DNA of 64,000 nucleotides from an uncultured Candidatus Saccharibacteria bacterium (GTDB lineage Bacteria; Patescibacteriota; Minisyncoccia; Ryanbacterales; GWA2-47-10b): NCBI GenBank assembly GCA_964356915.1, contig CAYHJF010000003.1, positions 17,579 to 81,578 of the forward strand, read 5' to 3'. Shown piece by piece: positions 17,853 to 27,940 of this stretch (position 1 is its first letter; each line of letters starts with the position of its first letter). The notes under the pieces were generated by a model. It saw only the letters and a program-made list of their open reading frames with translations, ran no database searches and was not told where the DNA came from. The position numbers and the translations under genes were made by a program.

Positions 17853-20192
17853 ATGAACCATCGCATATTAGGCGTTATCGCCATCATCATACTTATCGTA
17901 ACGATTAGCCTCGGGATTGCGTTTCGTACTGAGTCATCTCGTATTAACGCGTGGCAATCACCACTTTTTCAATTCGTCATCCATACATTCCGGTCATTTC
18001 GCAAGCTCGCGGACTTACCATATGTAGTCTATCTCGCCAAAGACGACTCTTTACCTACATATAGCCTCACCTTAAAACCAAAAGATATCGTAGCCATGAA
18101 TGACGCGCTTCCTGGAGATATGATCAAAGGACGTCTAACTGATGAATATAAAGTAAAAATCAAAGGAGACTTCCAAAGTAGTGACTGGCAGGGACGCATT
18201 TCAATACGATATCGCGGTCGCGGTCCAAATCACTGGAATGCTCTAAAAAAATCATATCAGATAGATTTTCCAAGCGATCATCCCTTACTTGGATATTCAA
18301 AATTAAAATTCAATATTCCTGAAGATCGCAACTATATCGTTGAACCGCTAAATTTTTATCGCGCAAAAAAGCTTGGACTCTTTGCGCCACAACCATGGTT
18401 TGCTCATATGAAACTGAATGGTCAACCCATCGGTGTATATTTTGTACTCCCCCATTGGACAAGCGAGCTAACAGAACTTTCACACTATCCCGATACTTCA
18501 AATATATTCGGCATTCGAGATCTTCCACGGGCAAAAACAATTGAGTCAAATTTCTTTCTTCCAAAAACCCTGGAAGATTGGGAAGATTACACGAAACCCT
18601 TAATACCAGAAGCGGACAAACGTGCATTAGAAGACGCGTTAAAAATTATCTCGTACGCGCCTGATTCTGTCTTTGAAAAAGCTCTTCCTGTCATTGTTGA
18701 TATGGATAGTCTCTATGACTGGCTTATTCTTAATACACTCGCCGCCTCAACTCACCAGAACGTAAACGTCAATATCATACTCTTACGAGACCCGAGCACG
18801 GGACGCTTCCAACCCGTTCCCTGGGATGTGCAGCTGTACCCTTATGAGCCCCTTGACCTCACACACCATCCTCTCATTGGACGAACCCTCGCAATTTCAG
18901 GTTTTAGAGAAGAATTCTTGAAACGTCTGGGCGCATACGTAAACGATCGTAAAAATCTTGAAGATGATCTGGCGTTTTATGACAAAACCGCCGAATTAAT
19001 TCGTATTCCCCTTTTCAAAGATAACGCAAAAGCACCACTCAATTGGGAAGTTTCCTCGATGCTCGCAAAACATAGAGCCATGATTATCCAAAACTTTGAA
19101 GCCGTTGCTTCTCATGTCGCAAAAAATGATCTAACCAAACTATTCCAAGGAACCTATCAAGGGCCGGAAGCTCAAAAAAATCCTCTCCCAATGCTTGTAG
19201 CTGCAGCAACTTCACCAGTAAAAAGTTTTATTACCTCAAACCCTGCGTTTTACCAAATCGATGAGCACACAATCGCAATCGGTCCGGGTACTCTAACACT
19301 CTCGAAAACTACTGTTTTGCCTGATGGATTTACGCTTCTCATAAAACCTGGGACAAATCTTTTACTCGGTAAAGGCGTCTCTCTTGTTGGATGGAAAAAT
19401 GTAATAGCAAAAGGCACTCAACAATCTCCTATTGTAATCAAAGGAGCAAGTAAAGATTCTTGGGGATCGCTTCTTATTGTTGGCCATCGAACAGAAACAA
19501 GCGAAATTGAATTCGCTCATATATCTGGAGGAAGTGGATTTCATGAATACAACATAGTAGCGACAGGAATGGTCGCACTTCATAACAACAATGCAATAAT
19601 TCGCAATAGCATATTTGAAAAAACATTTGATGACGATGCTCTCAACATAAAACATGGCGACGTAATCATTGAAAATAATCAATTTGCTCAAACATTTGGA
19701 GACGCAATCGATCTCGATGAAGCGACGGGGCGCGTCACAAATAATCGTTTTGGACACTTTGGATTTATCGCCGACAAAGGGAGAGGGCCAAATGGAGATG
19801 GCATTGATATTAGCTTTAGTACTGTTGAGATTTCACACAATATCGTACGAGACTGTGGAGATAAAGGTATCAGTGTTGGTGAAAAATCTGCCCCTATAAT
19901 TAAAGATAATGTTATTACCGGCTGCGCAATTGGGATTGCTGTTAAAGATCTATCTCACGCAACTATTGAACATGCTTTTCTAGTTGGTAATCAAACGGGT
20001 CTCCTCGTAACTCAAAAAAAGGCAATTTATGGTGGAGGATCCGCAGAACTGCGAGACTCATTTATTTGGAACAATAAAACAGATACGTCTGTTGACCCCG
20101 CGTCAACACTCTCTCTTACAAACTCTCCCATCGGCGTTTCTCCACGCCCCGAATCTATACCGGAATTTGCAAAGACGGTCCTTCAACTCTAA
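17853..20192 (+). CDS. Signal-anchored extracytoplasmic protein with an N-terminal CotH-kinase-like domain and C-terminal right-handed parallel beta-helix repeats.
   Basis: N-terminal TM helix. ISIRYRGRGPNHWNALKKSYQIDFPSD resembles the CotH pattern RGNSS..KKSYKIKF. The C-terminal 250 aa have NosD/pectate-lyase-like repeats (IENNQFAQTFGDAIDLD...ISHNIVRDCGDKGISVG...IKDNVITGCAIGIAV). Confidence 0.5.
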   Translation: MNHRILGVIAIIILIVTISLGIAFRTESSRINAWQSPLFQFVIHTFRSFRKLADLPYVVYLAKDDSLPTYSLTLKPKDIVAMNDALPGDMIKGRLTDEYKVKIKGDFQSSDWQGRISIRYRGRGPNHWNALKKSYQIDFPSDHPLLGYSKLKFNIPEDRNYIVEPLNFYRAKKLGLFAPQPWFAHMKLNGQPIGVYFVLPHWTSELTELSHYPDTSNIFGIRDLPRAKTIESNFFLPKTLEDWEDYTKPLIPEADKRALEDALKIISYAPDSVFEKALPVIVDMDSLYDWLILNTLAASTHQNVNVNIILLRDPSTGRFQPVPWDVQLYPYEPLDLTHHPLIGRTLAISGFREEFLKRLGAYVNDRKNLEDDLAFYDKTAELIRIPLFKDNAKAPLNWEVSSMLAKHRAMIIQNFEAVASHVAKNDLTKLFQGTYQGPEAQKNPLPMLVAAATSPVKSFITSNPAFYQIDEHTIAIGPGTLTLSKTTVLPDGFTLLIKPGTNLLLGKGVSLVGWKNVIAKGTQQSPIVIKGASKDSWGSLLIVGHRTETSEIEFAHISGGSGFHEYNIVATGMVALHNNNAIIRNSIFEKTFDDDALNIKHGDVIIENNQFAQTFGDAIDLDEATGRVTNNRFGHFGFIADKGRGPNGDGIDISFSTVEISHNIVRDCGDKGISVGEKSAPIIKDNVITGCAIGIAVKDLSHATIEHAFLVGNQTGLLVTQKKAIYGGGSAELRDSFIWNNKTDTSVDPASTLSLTNSPIGVSPRPESIPEFAKTVLQL

Positions 20193-22855
20193 CGAGTATT
20201 CCCCATACGCACTGCGTATAAAAATCCATCTTGAGATCCAAAATATATAATCCCACCGTGCACGAGTGCTGACGAGTCTACCTGCCCATTTGTAACAAAG
20301 AAAAAGCTACCCTCTCCCTCTTTCGAGATACGATGCAGTCGATAATCTTCTGAGCCAACATAAATCATGCCATCGCTCCCGATACGCGGAGAAGATTCAA
20401 TCTCCCATCCTGTCCTATACGCCCATTTGAACTCTCCTCCTTTATTAACTGCGTACAGGCGATGATCTTTTGATCCAAAATAAATCGTACTGTTCTCACC
20501 CACAAGAGGAGACGACTCGATCCCATTATTTATTGCCCCTCCTTCAACACGAAACTTCCAAGATAGCACGCCATCTTTCGTAAGCGCATACAATACCCCC
20601 TCCTCTGAACCTACATACACGCTATCATTCCCTACAGCAGGAGATGAAAAAATAAATGCTCCCGTATCAAATCGCCATCGCTCAATGCCACGCAAATCAA
20701 TTGCGTATACAAAATGATCTTCGGACGTAACATATATACCTGCTTCTGCATCAACTACGGGCGACGATACAATCGGGCCTTGCGTCTTAAATCGCCAAAG
20801 CTCCTCCCCGCTATTTCGATCGAGAGCATACATTGTGCCATCCAAAGATCCGAATAACACCATTTCATTAACTACGATGGGCGAAGAACGCACGGGGCCA
20901 TCTGTCATAAACGTCCATCGTAAAGAACCGTCCTTACGAAAAGCGTACATCTTCCCATCATCCGAGCCAATATATATATTGTCTGTTGTGATGGCTGGAG
21001 AAGAACGAATAATCGGACCTCCTGTCTCATATTTCCATCGCATACTCCCATCGTGACTAACTGCATACAGCGCGCCATCTTCTGAGCCAACATATATCGT
21101 TCCCTCCAAATCAACTTTCGGAGATCCTTCAATTTCTCCTCCGGTTTTAAACGACCACTCTAAATTAGAAATATCCGTCTTTCGTCGCCAAATCTCAATC
21201 CAGTCGCGCCGCTTACCACTACCAAATTGCTCAACGCGCTCATACTTTTGCTCTACAAAATTCTGAAAGACTGGATACTTATCGAAAAAATGATTTTTCA
21301 TACGACCGTCCACAACAACAAATCGCGGAGCACGCGCTTCTAGCTCACGTAATACACGCTCGGGTGATGGAAATGTCCCCCACGGATGCTTGAAATCTTC
21401 GGCAAATACCACGCTATATGAATTAAGATCAAGAAAAACCCGTCTATCTGCGAAAATAACTGGGAGTTGTCCCGCAGCGAAAATTTCTTCCTGAGGATAC
21501 GTATGTTTTCGAAGATATTGGGCTGCTGACTCAACCGTTGACTGTTGCCACCACCAACCGCCTGTACGCGGATGATCGATAAACCACCAACCTCCGATAC
21601 ACCACATCATAACTAAAAAAAAGATAATGCTGATTCGTATACCTCTAGAACTTCTCTCAAAAATAAAAGAAAGGAGCGCGCCTGAAATCAGAGCGAGCGC
21701 GGGCATAAACTCTCGAGTATACCCAGGCAAAAAAAGTGAATAGAGTAAAAATAACCCACTAATCCATACGACAAGAAAGCCAAATTCAAAAGCATGATTA
21801 TGTATATATTCTGCAAGTACCCCAAGCTGTCGTCTCTTGCACCATCCAATAATTCCGAAGATTATCCCCAAACTTGATGCTGCAAGAAAAATGTATGGGT
21901 GAAAATAACCAGCTTGAATTAATAATGCGCTATGCCAAAAAAACGTGAGTGTAATTATCCCCGCGATACCCCACGCACTATATCGCATACTTCGACGCGC
22001 ACCGTACCCAACGCCAATACAAAACAGGATAAATCCCACGACTAATGCCATGCTCTGCACGGCCATATTTTCCACAATCGCCAGCAACCAATCCCTTACA
22101 AAGCCGTACGCTCCGCTCCCCACAGATTCTGCGGGGAGTTCTTTTGCTGAACGAACAGCATTTAACAAAAATGGCGTGAGCCATAGCTCTATCGCTCGTC
22201 CGCTATTATGATATGCAACCCACCCAAACCACACACCAAAACCACACAGAAAACCTCCTCCTACCAACGCTAAAGGCCTAACCATAGTACGCAAAGGCTT
22301 TGCGGCTATAAGATAAAAGAGGGCGGGTATAAACGCAACGACTGATGGCCGCTCAATGTACCCAAAACCTAAGAACACTCCGGCAAAAATCCAAAACAAG
22401 ACTCTATTATGCTTTCGCGCAAGGATAAGCATTATCGCCGCATATACAGTGCAAAGGATTGTCAGTGCCTCGCTCTTAACCACAACGCCCTGCCAAAGAG
22501 TAAGTGGTTGCAATGCGAACAAGAGTCCCGCAAGTACACCGATGGTTCTTGAAAAAAGAAGACTCCCTAACAGAAAAACTCCTGTGGCAGTTAAGGCGGA
22601 AAAAATCATTACCGGCAAACGAAATGCAAACAGCGAAGATCCGAAAATCTTTACTGACGCATACATACCGTACAAAAGGATTGGAGTACGAGTTGTATAA
22701 TCGGCGACTGGCACTTCGCCACTCTTAATACGTGAAGCATCTAGAATATATCTTCCCTCATCACCTCCAACCAACGTCGAAGAATATATTCCCATCATCG
22801 CGACAAAAGCGACAATACAAATTATCACCGAAAACATAAAAGGTCTTTGCATCAT
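20189..22855 (-). CDS. Fusion protein: an N-terminal GT-C (ArnT/PMT-like) polytopic glycosyltransferase plus a C-terminal eight-bladed PQQ-like beta-propeller.
   Basis: N-terminal TM bundle with GGDEGRYILDASRI (DE motif). C-terminal roughly 8 repeats of the form YxGSxDgxLYAxxxdGSxRWxfxTxGxIxSSP. The ORF track start at 22903 is probably extended; the MMQRPFMF start at 22855 is more likely. Confidence 0.65.
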   Translation of the reverse strand: MMQRPFMFSVIICIVAFVAMMGIYSSTLVGGDEGRYILDASRIKSGEVPVADYTTRTPILLYGMYASVKIFGSSLFAFRLPVMIFSALTATGVFLLGSLLFSRTIGVLAGLLFALQPLTLWQGVVVKSEALTILCTVYAAIMLILARKHNRVLFWIFAGVFLGFGYIERPSVVAFIPALFYLIAAKPLRTMVRPLALVGGGFLCGFGVWFGWVAYHNSGRAIELWLTPFLLNAVRSAKELPAESVGSGAYGFVRDWLLAIVENMAVQSMALVVGFILFCIGVGYGARRSMRYSAWGIAGIITLTFFWHSALLIQAGYFHPYIFLAASSLGIIFGIIGWCKRRQLGVLAEYIHNHAFEFGFLVVWISGLFLLYSLFLPGYTREFMPALALISGALLSFIFERSSRGIRISIIFFLVMMWCIGGWWFIDHPRTGGWWWQQSTVESAAQYLRKHTYPQEEIFAAGQLPVIFADRRVFLDLNSYSVVFAEDFKHPWGTFPSPERVLRELEARAPRFVVVDGRMKNHFFDKYPVFQNFVEQKYERVEQFGSGKRRDWIEIWRRKTDISNLEWSFKTGGEIEGSPKVDLEGTIYVGSEDGALYAVSHDGSMRWKYETGGPIIRSSPAITTDNIYIGSDDGKMYAFRKDGSLRWTFMTDGPVRSSPIVVNEMVLFGSLDGTMYALDRNSGEELWRFKTQGPIVSSPVVDAEAGIYVTSEDHFVYAIDLRGIERWRFDTGAFIFSSPAVGNDSVYVGSEEGVLYALTKDGVLSWKFRVEGGAINNGIESSPLVGENSTIYFGSKDHRLYAVNKGGEFKWAYRTGWEIESSPRIGSDGMIYVGSEDYRLHRISKEGEGSFFFVTNGQVDSSALVHGGIIYFGSQDGFLYAVRMGNTR

Positions 22856-22871
22856 CTGTTCCTTGGGTAAC

Positions 22872-23030
22872 CTAAAAAAGCGTGTAGATAAAGGGGGCAA
22901 CAACTGACCCCTGACTTAAAAAGAGAAGCGCTCCAAGTAAGATGAGAAATCCCATAATTGGAAGAAGCCACCACTTTTTACGCACGCGGAGAAACCTCCA
23001 AAGCTCTTTTACTAGTCCAATACGCGACAT
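22872..23030 (-). CDS. Unannotated 52-aa small membrane protein, DUF5989-like. It is below the ORF-track size cutoff.
   Basis: Reverse translation gives MSRIGLVKELWRFLRVRKKWWLLPIMGFLILLGALLFLSQGSVVAPFIYTLF*. Its basic-KKWWLLP-TM-PFIY pattern is one I associate with small proteins found next to carbamoyltransferase and SxtJ genes. Confidence 0.45.
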   Translation of the reverse strand: MSRIGLVKELWRFLRVRKKWWLLPIMGFLILLGALLFLSQGSVVAPFIYTLF

Positions 23031-23060
23031 GTCCTTAGCATACGTGAGTAACGATAAAAC

Positions 23061-23474
23061 TCAATATTGTTCTGTCAGTTCGTTAGAATTTGAGATATCG
23101 CTCCGTGCCCGCCAATAACTCTCTCGCTTTTGACGTTTTAGTAATAATTCGTCTCTTCCACTCATACGCGCTATGACCGCAAGAGGTGTGAGAATAACAT
23201 AAAAAACGGTAATTAGAATAACAGCGCTCATTACCATACCCATCACAATACCAAATGTCATCCATACATAATAAAAAGGAGTCAATGCGCGCGGTATACT
23301 CAGAGCACTCACAATTAATACACCTCCTATGATTGCGCTTCCCCAAGAACTAACTAAAAAACTTGCCACTATTACGACACCGCCAACAACAAAGCCAAAT
23401 TTACGTAACTCCTTTGGCGTACTCGTAATACCACGTAACTCTTGTAAAATTGCATTCATATTAATCCGGCTCAA
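23061..23474 (-). CDS. Small 3-TM membrane protein, SxtJ-like, translationally coupled to the carbamoyltransferase.
   Basis: Three predicted TM helices. It overlaps the carbamoyltransferase stop by 14 bp. My assignment to SxtJ-like is from memory of the family and its position. Confidence 0.4.
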   Translation of the reverse strand: MSRINMNAILQELRGITSTPKELRKFGFVVGGVVIVASFLVSSWGSAIIGGVLIVSALSIPRALTPFYYVWMTFGIVMGMVMSAVILITVFYVILTPLAVIARMSGRDELLLKRQKRESYWRARSDISNSNELTEQY

Positions 23475-25287
23475 ATTCTAAAGACTTACTAGTATCTTCA
23501 TCTTTTTTCTGCTGCCGTTTATCAATGACACATGATCCGAGCACTAACCAATCCATGTGAGTACGCATAAAACAACGATACGCGTCCTCTAGAGAAGAAA
23601 CGATTGGTTCGCCACGTACATTGAAAGAAGTATTCACAACAACCGAACATCCTGTTTGTTTTTCAAATTCCTGAATCAAATCGTAATACGCCGCATTTGT
23701 CTCGCGATGCACCGTCTGCACTCGAGCAGAATAATCTACGTGAGTAACTGCGGGGATATCAGAGCGCACAACATTCAATTTATCAATACCAAAACGCACA
23801 CCCTCTTCTGATGTCATGTCTCTGCGTTTTTGCTTCACCACGTCAGCAACAAAAAGCATATATGGGCTTGGACGATCGATCTCAAAGTACTCATTTACTC
23901 GTTCAGCAAGTACTGAAGGCGCAAACGGCCTAAAGCTTTCACGAAACTTTATTTTAAGATTCATAGTGGCCTGCATATTCGCTGACCGCGGATCACCAAG
24001 AATAGAACGCCCGCCAAGCGCGCGTGGCCCAAACTCCATACGCCCCTGAAACCAGCCGACCACTTGCTCGCCTGCCAACAATGCTGCAACCCGTCCAGAA
24101 AGATCACTGGCTTGAAGTTTCTCGTATGGGATATTTTGTTTTTGTAAAAAAGTTTCTATCTCATCGTCATTGTACGCGGGCCCAAGATACGAACCCATCA
24201 TTGCATCATGAATACCGTCTGCAACGCGCGTCTTACCAAAAAACTCATACCATCCAACTAAGGCTCCTCCTAATGCTCCCCCCGCATCTCCTGATGCGGG
24301 CTGAATCCAGATATCTTCAAATGGTCCTTCACGTAGTAAGCGTCCATTTGCTACACAATTGAGCGCGACACCTCCAGCGAGACATAATTTCTTTTGACCC
24401 GTAACTTTCTGTATATGTCGCGCGATACGTAATACTATTTCTTCTGTTACTTCTTGAATAGATCGTGCAATATCCATTTCTCGCTGTGTGAGTGGAGACT
24501 CGGGCGTGCGCGGAGGCCCGCCAAAAAGATCATGGAAACGACTACTCGTCATCACCAAACCGACACAGTAATCAAAATAATCCATATCAAGCCAAAATGA
24601 ACCATCTTCTTTTACATCAATCAAATACTTATAGATCAGATCTTTATACTTTGGGACACCATAAGGAGCAAGCCCCATCAACTTATATTCTCCGGAATTT
24701 ACCTTGAACCCTGCGTAATACGTAAATGCCGAGTATAAAAGCCCGAGTGAATGCGGAAACTGGATATCGCCCATAATGCGAAGTTTATTATCCTTACCGA
24801 TACCAAAACTTGCCGTCGCCCACTCTCCTACTCCATCAAGCGTAAGAAATGCTGCCTCGGAAAATGGTGAGGCAAAAAATGCCGATGCAGCATGCGATTT
24901 ATGGTGTTCAGGAAAAATTATTTTTCCGTCGTATTTCAACTCTCGCGCAATTACCTCGCGAAGCCATAACTTTTCCTTCAGCCACACCGGCATTGATTTC
25001 AAAAATGAACGAATTCCATGCGGAGCAAACGCAAAATACGTCTCCAATAAACGTTCGAATTTCAAAAATGGCTTATCGTAAAAAACTACGAGATCAATAT
25101 CTTTTATTCCAATACCCGCCTCTCTTAAACAATACTCGATCGACTGATACGGGAATTGGGAATCGTGTTTCTTCCGCGTAAACCGTTCTTCTTGTGCTGC
25201 GGCTACAATAATGCCATCTCGTACAAGAGATGCCGCGCTATCGTGATAAAACGCGGAGATGCCAAGAACCGTATTAGCGCGCGCCAT
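23461..25287 (-). CDS. NodU/CmcH-family O-carbamoyltransferase.
   Basis: MARANTVLGISAFYHDSAASLVRDGIIVAAAQEERFTRKKHD... and the C-terminal YrdC-like region. Full length at 608 aa. Confidence 0.9.
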   Translation of the reverse strand: MARANTVLGISAFYHDSAASLVRDGIIVAAAQEERFTRKKHDSQFPYQSIEYCLREAGIGIKDIDLVVFYDKPFLKFERLLETYFAFAPHGIRSFLKSMPVWLKEKLWLREVIARELKYDGKIIFPEHHKSHAASAFFASPFSEAAFLTLDGVGEWATASFGIGKDNKLRIMGDIQFPHSLGLLYSAFTYYAGFKVNSGEYKLMGLAPYGVPKYKDLIYKYLIDVKEDGSFWLDMDYFDYCVGLVMTSSRFHDLFGGPPRTPESPLTQREMDIARSIQEVTEEIVLRIARHIQKVTGQKKLCLAGGVALNCVANGRLLREGPFEDIWIQPASGDAGGALGGALVGWYEFFGKTRVADGIHDAMMGSYLGPAYNDDEIETFLQKQNIPYEKLQASDLSGRVAALLAGEQVVGWFQGRMEFGPRALGGRSILGDPRSANMQATMNLKIKFRESFRPFAPSVLAERVNEYFEIDRPSPYMLFVADVVKQKRRDMTSEEGVRFGIDKLNVVRSDIPAVTHVDYSARVQTVHRETNAAYYDLIQEFEKQTGCSVVVNTSFNVRGEPIVSSLEDAYRCFMRTHMDWLVLGSCVIDKRQQKKDEDTSKSLEFEPD

Positions 25288-26608
25288 AACGTTTCAAAAG
25301 TGGCTCCAGAAAATCAGCAAATAATTTACCTTTCAATTGCGCCCCCTTTGCATTTACATGCACACCATCACGAACCCAATATCGTTCATCTGTGCTCATG
25401 TGTGCAGCAAAATCAAAAAATAATGCTCCTTGTTTTTTTGCCACATCGCGCAAGAGACTATTAAAATCAAAAACAAATTTTTGATAGACAGGTGTTGTAG
25501 CGCGTATGCCAAGTGGCGCGTATGCATAAGAAGCAATCATAAAGCGTATATTACGAACCTTTGAAAGTTCAACCATCTGTTCGATGTTACGCTTCGAATA
25601 TGATTGATCATTATGCTCAAAAAAACTTTCTACTGGGTGTTCCACAAAAATACCCGATGGATATGTATGAGTACGTAGCTGTTCGAGATATTCATCATAA
25701 AAAAGAGTCTGAGCATCATATAAAGCCCCTAAATGATTGAAGTCACTCGTAAGCCCGAATGGTTTAAAAATCATCCGTGTAAGCACAAAATGATCAATAA
25801 TAGTCGGCGTTGGCTCTCGATACGCATGTACTCGACCAGTGTTATCACCACGAAACGCTTCAAATGGGTAAACTAAATGCGTCTTAAATTCGTTATCTCC
25901 CTCATAGTACACAATGAGATCTGGATCTAAATCAAAAACACGAAACGCAAGATTTACAAAAATAGACCAGCTATCATAAAATGGAACGCCCGCATTAATT
26001 ACCTCAACATGAGTAAATCCTCTAGCTCGCAGCTCTTGTTCTAGTTGATATGGATAAGATTCTTTATACGTTTTTACCTCGGCAGTATATGTAGTAGACC
26101 CGCCAATAGTAACAATACGAAATGTCCCCTCTGGTTTTGGTAGTATTATCTCCTCGCCCCGAAACCCTAAACTATTATGACGATCTCCTTCTTTATTTGT
26201 GTACGATGGCGTTAATGCAAAAGGTAAATATGGATGCGACGTGTATCGAAGAGGTCGCTTTTTAATCATATTATATGTCGCGTACACGCCAAAACGATCT
26301 TCGCTTGCGCTATATATGAGCCATGCGCGCAATATATACTCGCTACCAATAAAACAAAGCATCATAATGACAAGAAAAAGTATGAGAGAATTTCTCTCAG
26401 GCAATATCAATGAATTGCGTCTATAGACCAACATGCCTCCAATAGACACAGAGAGTAACCCAAAAACCAATGCAAACACCTGCGCCCATAACTCAATCGA
26501 TACACCCTGCCACCAACGTACAAGAAGCCACCCGAAAGCAATCGCACTTAACCCAAAACAAAAAAGTGCGCAAATTAAAATAATTCTATAAGTATGAAAC
26601 GTCTTCAT
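25274..26608 (-). CDS. Membrane-anchored SGNH/GDSL-family hydrolase, a likely glycan O-acyl esterase or transferase.
   Basis: Two N-terminal TM helices. Block I is IVTIGGSTT and block V is DGVHVNAKGAQ. Confidence 0.6.
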   Translation of the reverse strand: MKTFHTYRIILICALFCFGLSAIAFGWLLVRWWQGVSIELWAQVFALVFGLLSVSIGGMLVYRRNSLILPERNSLILFLVIMMLCFIGSEYILRAWLIYSASEDRFGVYATYNMIKKRPLRYTSHPYLPFALTPSYTNKEGDRHNSLGFRGEEIILPKPEGTFRIVTIGGSTTYTAEVKTYKESYPYQLEQELRARGFTHVEVINAGVPFYDSWSIFVNLAFRVFDLDPDLIVYYEGDNEFKTHLVYPFEAFRGDNTGRVHAYREPTPTIIDHFVLTRMIFKPFGLTSDFNHLGALYDAQTLFYDEYLEQLRTHTYPSGIFVEHPVESFFEHNDQSYSKRNIEQMVELSKVRNIRFMIASYAYAPLGIRATTPVYQKFVFDFNSLLRDVAKKQGALFFDFAAHMSTDERYWVRDGVHVNAKGAQLKGKLFADFLEPLLKRYGAR

Positions 26609-26653
26609 ATGCGTATACTGTATATATCATAAAATAACAACTAAGATAAGACT

Positions 26654-27940
26654 ATGCGCTGGATCAACACAATCGAACGTCATCTTGAAACAGACCTTTC
26701 GTATATTACAAAGAATGCCCCATGGCTTATTGCGGGCAGCACTCTTGGCACACTTGTATCCATTGCCCTCTCCGTGGTCTACGCGCGCTACCTACCTACC
26801 ACATACTATGGAACTTACCGCTACATCCTTTCAATTGTAGGAACCGCTGGCATACTCGCCTTTCCCGGTATGGGATATGCGATCACCCGTGCAGTAGCAA
26901 AAGGAGAGGAAGGCTCTTTCGTCGCGATGAGTCGTTTGTTGTTTTTAGGTGCGTGCGGCATCGCGCTTGTATGTGTAGGTTCTGGTATTTGGTTTCTTAC
27001 TCAAGAATCTCCCGCCATCGCTGCAGGATTTTTTACCGCAGCAGTTCTCGTCCCCTTTGCCGAAGGACTTGGAGCTTGGAAAGCATTTTATGATGGGAAA
27101 ACATGGTTCAAGAAAAAATCTCTCGTTAACATACGAACTCACCTCATATATGGAACTGTCATGCTGAGTATCGCATATCTAATTTCTTCCAAATCTCTCC
27201 CTCTTTGGCAGGCTCTTATTCTTCTCATCGGAGGAGCATATCTCACGAATGCGACCGTCAATACAATTATGTATCGGCAAACCGTACGGGCTATAGAATC
27301 TCCTCAAATAAAAAATAGCGAAACAATTCGGTATGGCATTCATCTTGGTATCCAAGGCATGCCAGCAACAATCGCCTATTGGATTGATGGCATACTTCTC
27401 TACACATTTCTCGGACCCCAAGCTCTCGCCATCTACTCTTTTGCAATAGCTCCGGTTGAACAAATGAAAAGCCGCCTCGGATCAATCGCCGATATCAGCC
27501 TTCCAAAAATTTCCTCAAAAACAGCGTTCGATTCTTCATATCGATCCGCGCTCATACGAAAAACTCTTCGGGCTTCTGGCATGACGCTCCTTGTAGTAAG
27601 TATGTACATCCTTGCCGCTCCAGCACTTTTTTCCATTCTACTGCCACGGTATAACGGGGCGGTGCCTTATTCGCAAATCTTCGCCCTATCACTCATTCCA
27701 TTTCCTCTCACCATTCTCTCATCTGCACTTATCGCTGAAGGTAGTATGCGCAAGACATATACATACAATATAGCAGGGCCCGTGTTGCAGATTGGAATAC
27801 TAGTAGCTCTTATTCCATTCTTTGGTTTATGGGGAGCAATCGTAGGGAAAATGATTGGACGTTTCTTTAACTATGCATTGCTTGTTTTCCTCTACCAAAA
27901 ACCGATGCAACCGCGCGATACCACCCTTTCGGCAGCCTAA
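26654..27940 (+). CDS. Polysaccharide biosynthesis protein, Wzx-like MOP-family flippase.
   Basis: About 12-14 TM helices, of the usual flippase size, with an N-terminal polysaccharide-biosynthesis-protein-like region. Confidence 0.55.
   Translation: MRWINTIERHLETDLSYITKNAPWLIAGSTLGTLVSIALSVVYARYLPTTYYGTYRYILSIVGTAGILAFPGMGYAITRAVAKGEEGSFVAMSRLLFLGACGIALVCVGSGIWFLTQESPAIAAGFFTAAVLVPFAEGLGAWKAFYDGKTWFKKKSLVNIRTHLIYGTVMLSIAYLISSKSLPLWQALILLIGGAYLTNATVNTIMYRQTVRAIESPQIKNSETIRYGIHLGIQGMPATIAYWIDGILLYTFLGPQALAIYSFAIAPVEQMKSRLGSIADISLPKISSKTAFDSSYRSALIRKTLRASGMTLLVVSMYILAAPALFSILLPRYNGAVPYSQIFALSLIPFPLTILSSALIAEGSMRKTYTYNIAGPVLQIGILVALIPFFGLWGAIVGKMIGRFFNYALLVFLYQKPMQPRDTTLSAA

Noticed and set aside
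26350..26420. Internal peptide repeat RNSLILPERNSLIL in the SGNH protein as a recent DNA duplication.
   Set aside because: The two copies use different codons (cgcaattcattgatattg versus agaaattctctcatactt), so it is not a DNA-level tandem duplication.
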